In this document: positions 4,865 through 5,061 of the stretch, piece after piece
How the letters are laid out: each line of letters begins with the position of its first letter
How positions within the stretch are numbered: position 1 is the stretch's first letter
From: a virus
IMG/VR virus record: IMGVR_UViG_3300045988_011379
Location: 1 to 5,061 of that record
Reading direction: 5' to 3' (one strand)
DNA length: 5,061 bases
Made by a program: the position numbers and the translations under genes
Notes under the pieces: generated by a model
What the model was told of the DNA's origin: nothing
Database searches by the model: none
Seen by the model: only the letters and a program-made list of their open reading frames with translations

Positions 4865-4959
4865 TAGATGCGATTTTAAAGTTCGTTAATGTTTTGCTGA
4901 ACTCTGGTTCGGCGATTTGGGAGGCCTTCAAGGCCGTTAAGAATTTTTTTAAAAAGTGA
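4861..4959 (+). CDS. Possible 32-aa cationic amphipathic peptide (MIDAILKFVNVLLNSGSAIWEAFKAVKNFFKK).
   Basis: The ATG overlaps the VP2 stop as ATGA (4861-4864). The ORF exactly fills the VP2-VP8 gap, and its TGA (4957-4959) sits inside the VP8 SD GTGAGG. It has no SD of its own. On the circle it ends at position 17 of the window. Confidence 0.35.
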   Translation: MIDAILKFVNVLLNSGSAIWEAFKAVKNFFKK

Positions 4960-5061
4960 GGTTTTTATGTCTCGTCGTCGTCATAAGCTTTCTCGTAAGG
5001 CATCTAAGCGTATTTTCCGTAAAGGTGCATCACGTACGAAGACTTTGAATACTCGCGCTAC
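4943..5061. repeat. Second copy of the wrap-around segment, identical to 1-119.
   Basis: 119/119 identity to the window start. It contains the same SD and the first 95 nt of the VP8 gene (ATG 4967), truncated by the window edge. This is the same gene seen twice, not a paralogue. Confidence 0.95.

Noticed and set aside
4917-4944. A possible promoter, TTGGGA-N16-AAGAAT, upstream of VP8.
   Set aside because: Both hexamers are poor matches, and the segment is plausibly coding (the 32-aa ORF). The evidence is not enough to call it.

Overview
The window is one complete circular ssDNA phage genome of the family Microviridae, Gokushovirinae-like. It has been linearised with a 119-nt wrap-around: positions 1-119 are identical to 4943-5061, so the unit length is 4942 nt. 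All credible genes are on the + strand, and codons strongly favour T in the third position. The gene order is: small basic DNA-binding protein (VP8/J-like), a 76-aa orphan ORF, replication initiator VP4, VP5, internal scaffold VP3, a 345-nt structured intergenic region, major capsid VP1, a 20-aa hydrophobic micro-ORF, pilot/minor capsid protein VP2, and a 32-aa amphipathic ORF. Family assignments come from motifs I recognise from memory; no database search was run. Four things deserve a second look. (1) The intergenic region between VP3 and VP1 holds four hairpins. One is a perfect 15-bp stem whose loop reads ACTTGAT, the same heptamer as the phiX174 gene-A nick site, and it is flanked by CGGGTAC direct repeats. 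This is a candidate replication origin. (2) Three unannotated small ORFs are candidate membrane-active or lysis peptides: a 20-aa fully hydrophobic ORF behind the strongest Shine-Dalgarno (SD) sequence in the genome, a 32-aa cationic amphipathic ORF coupled to VP2 by an ATGA overlap, and a 75-aa hydrophobic ORF overprinted on the VP1 start. To my knowledge this virus group has no recognised lysis gene. (3) A terminator-like hairpin that depends on G.U wobble pairs sits directly in front of the capsid gene. (4) An orphan 76-aa ORF overlaps the SD-less VP4 start.
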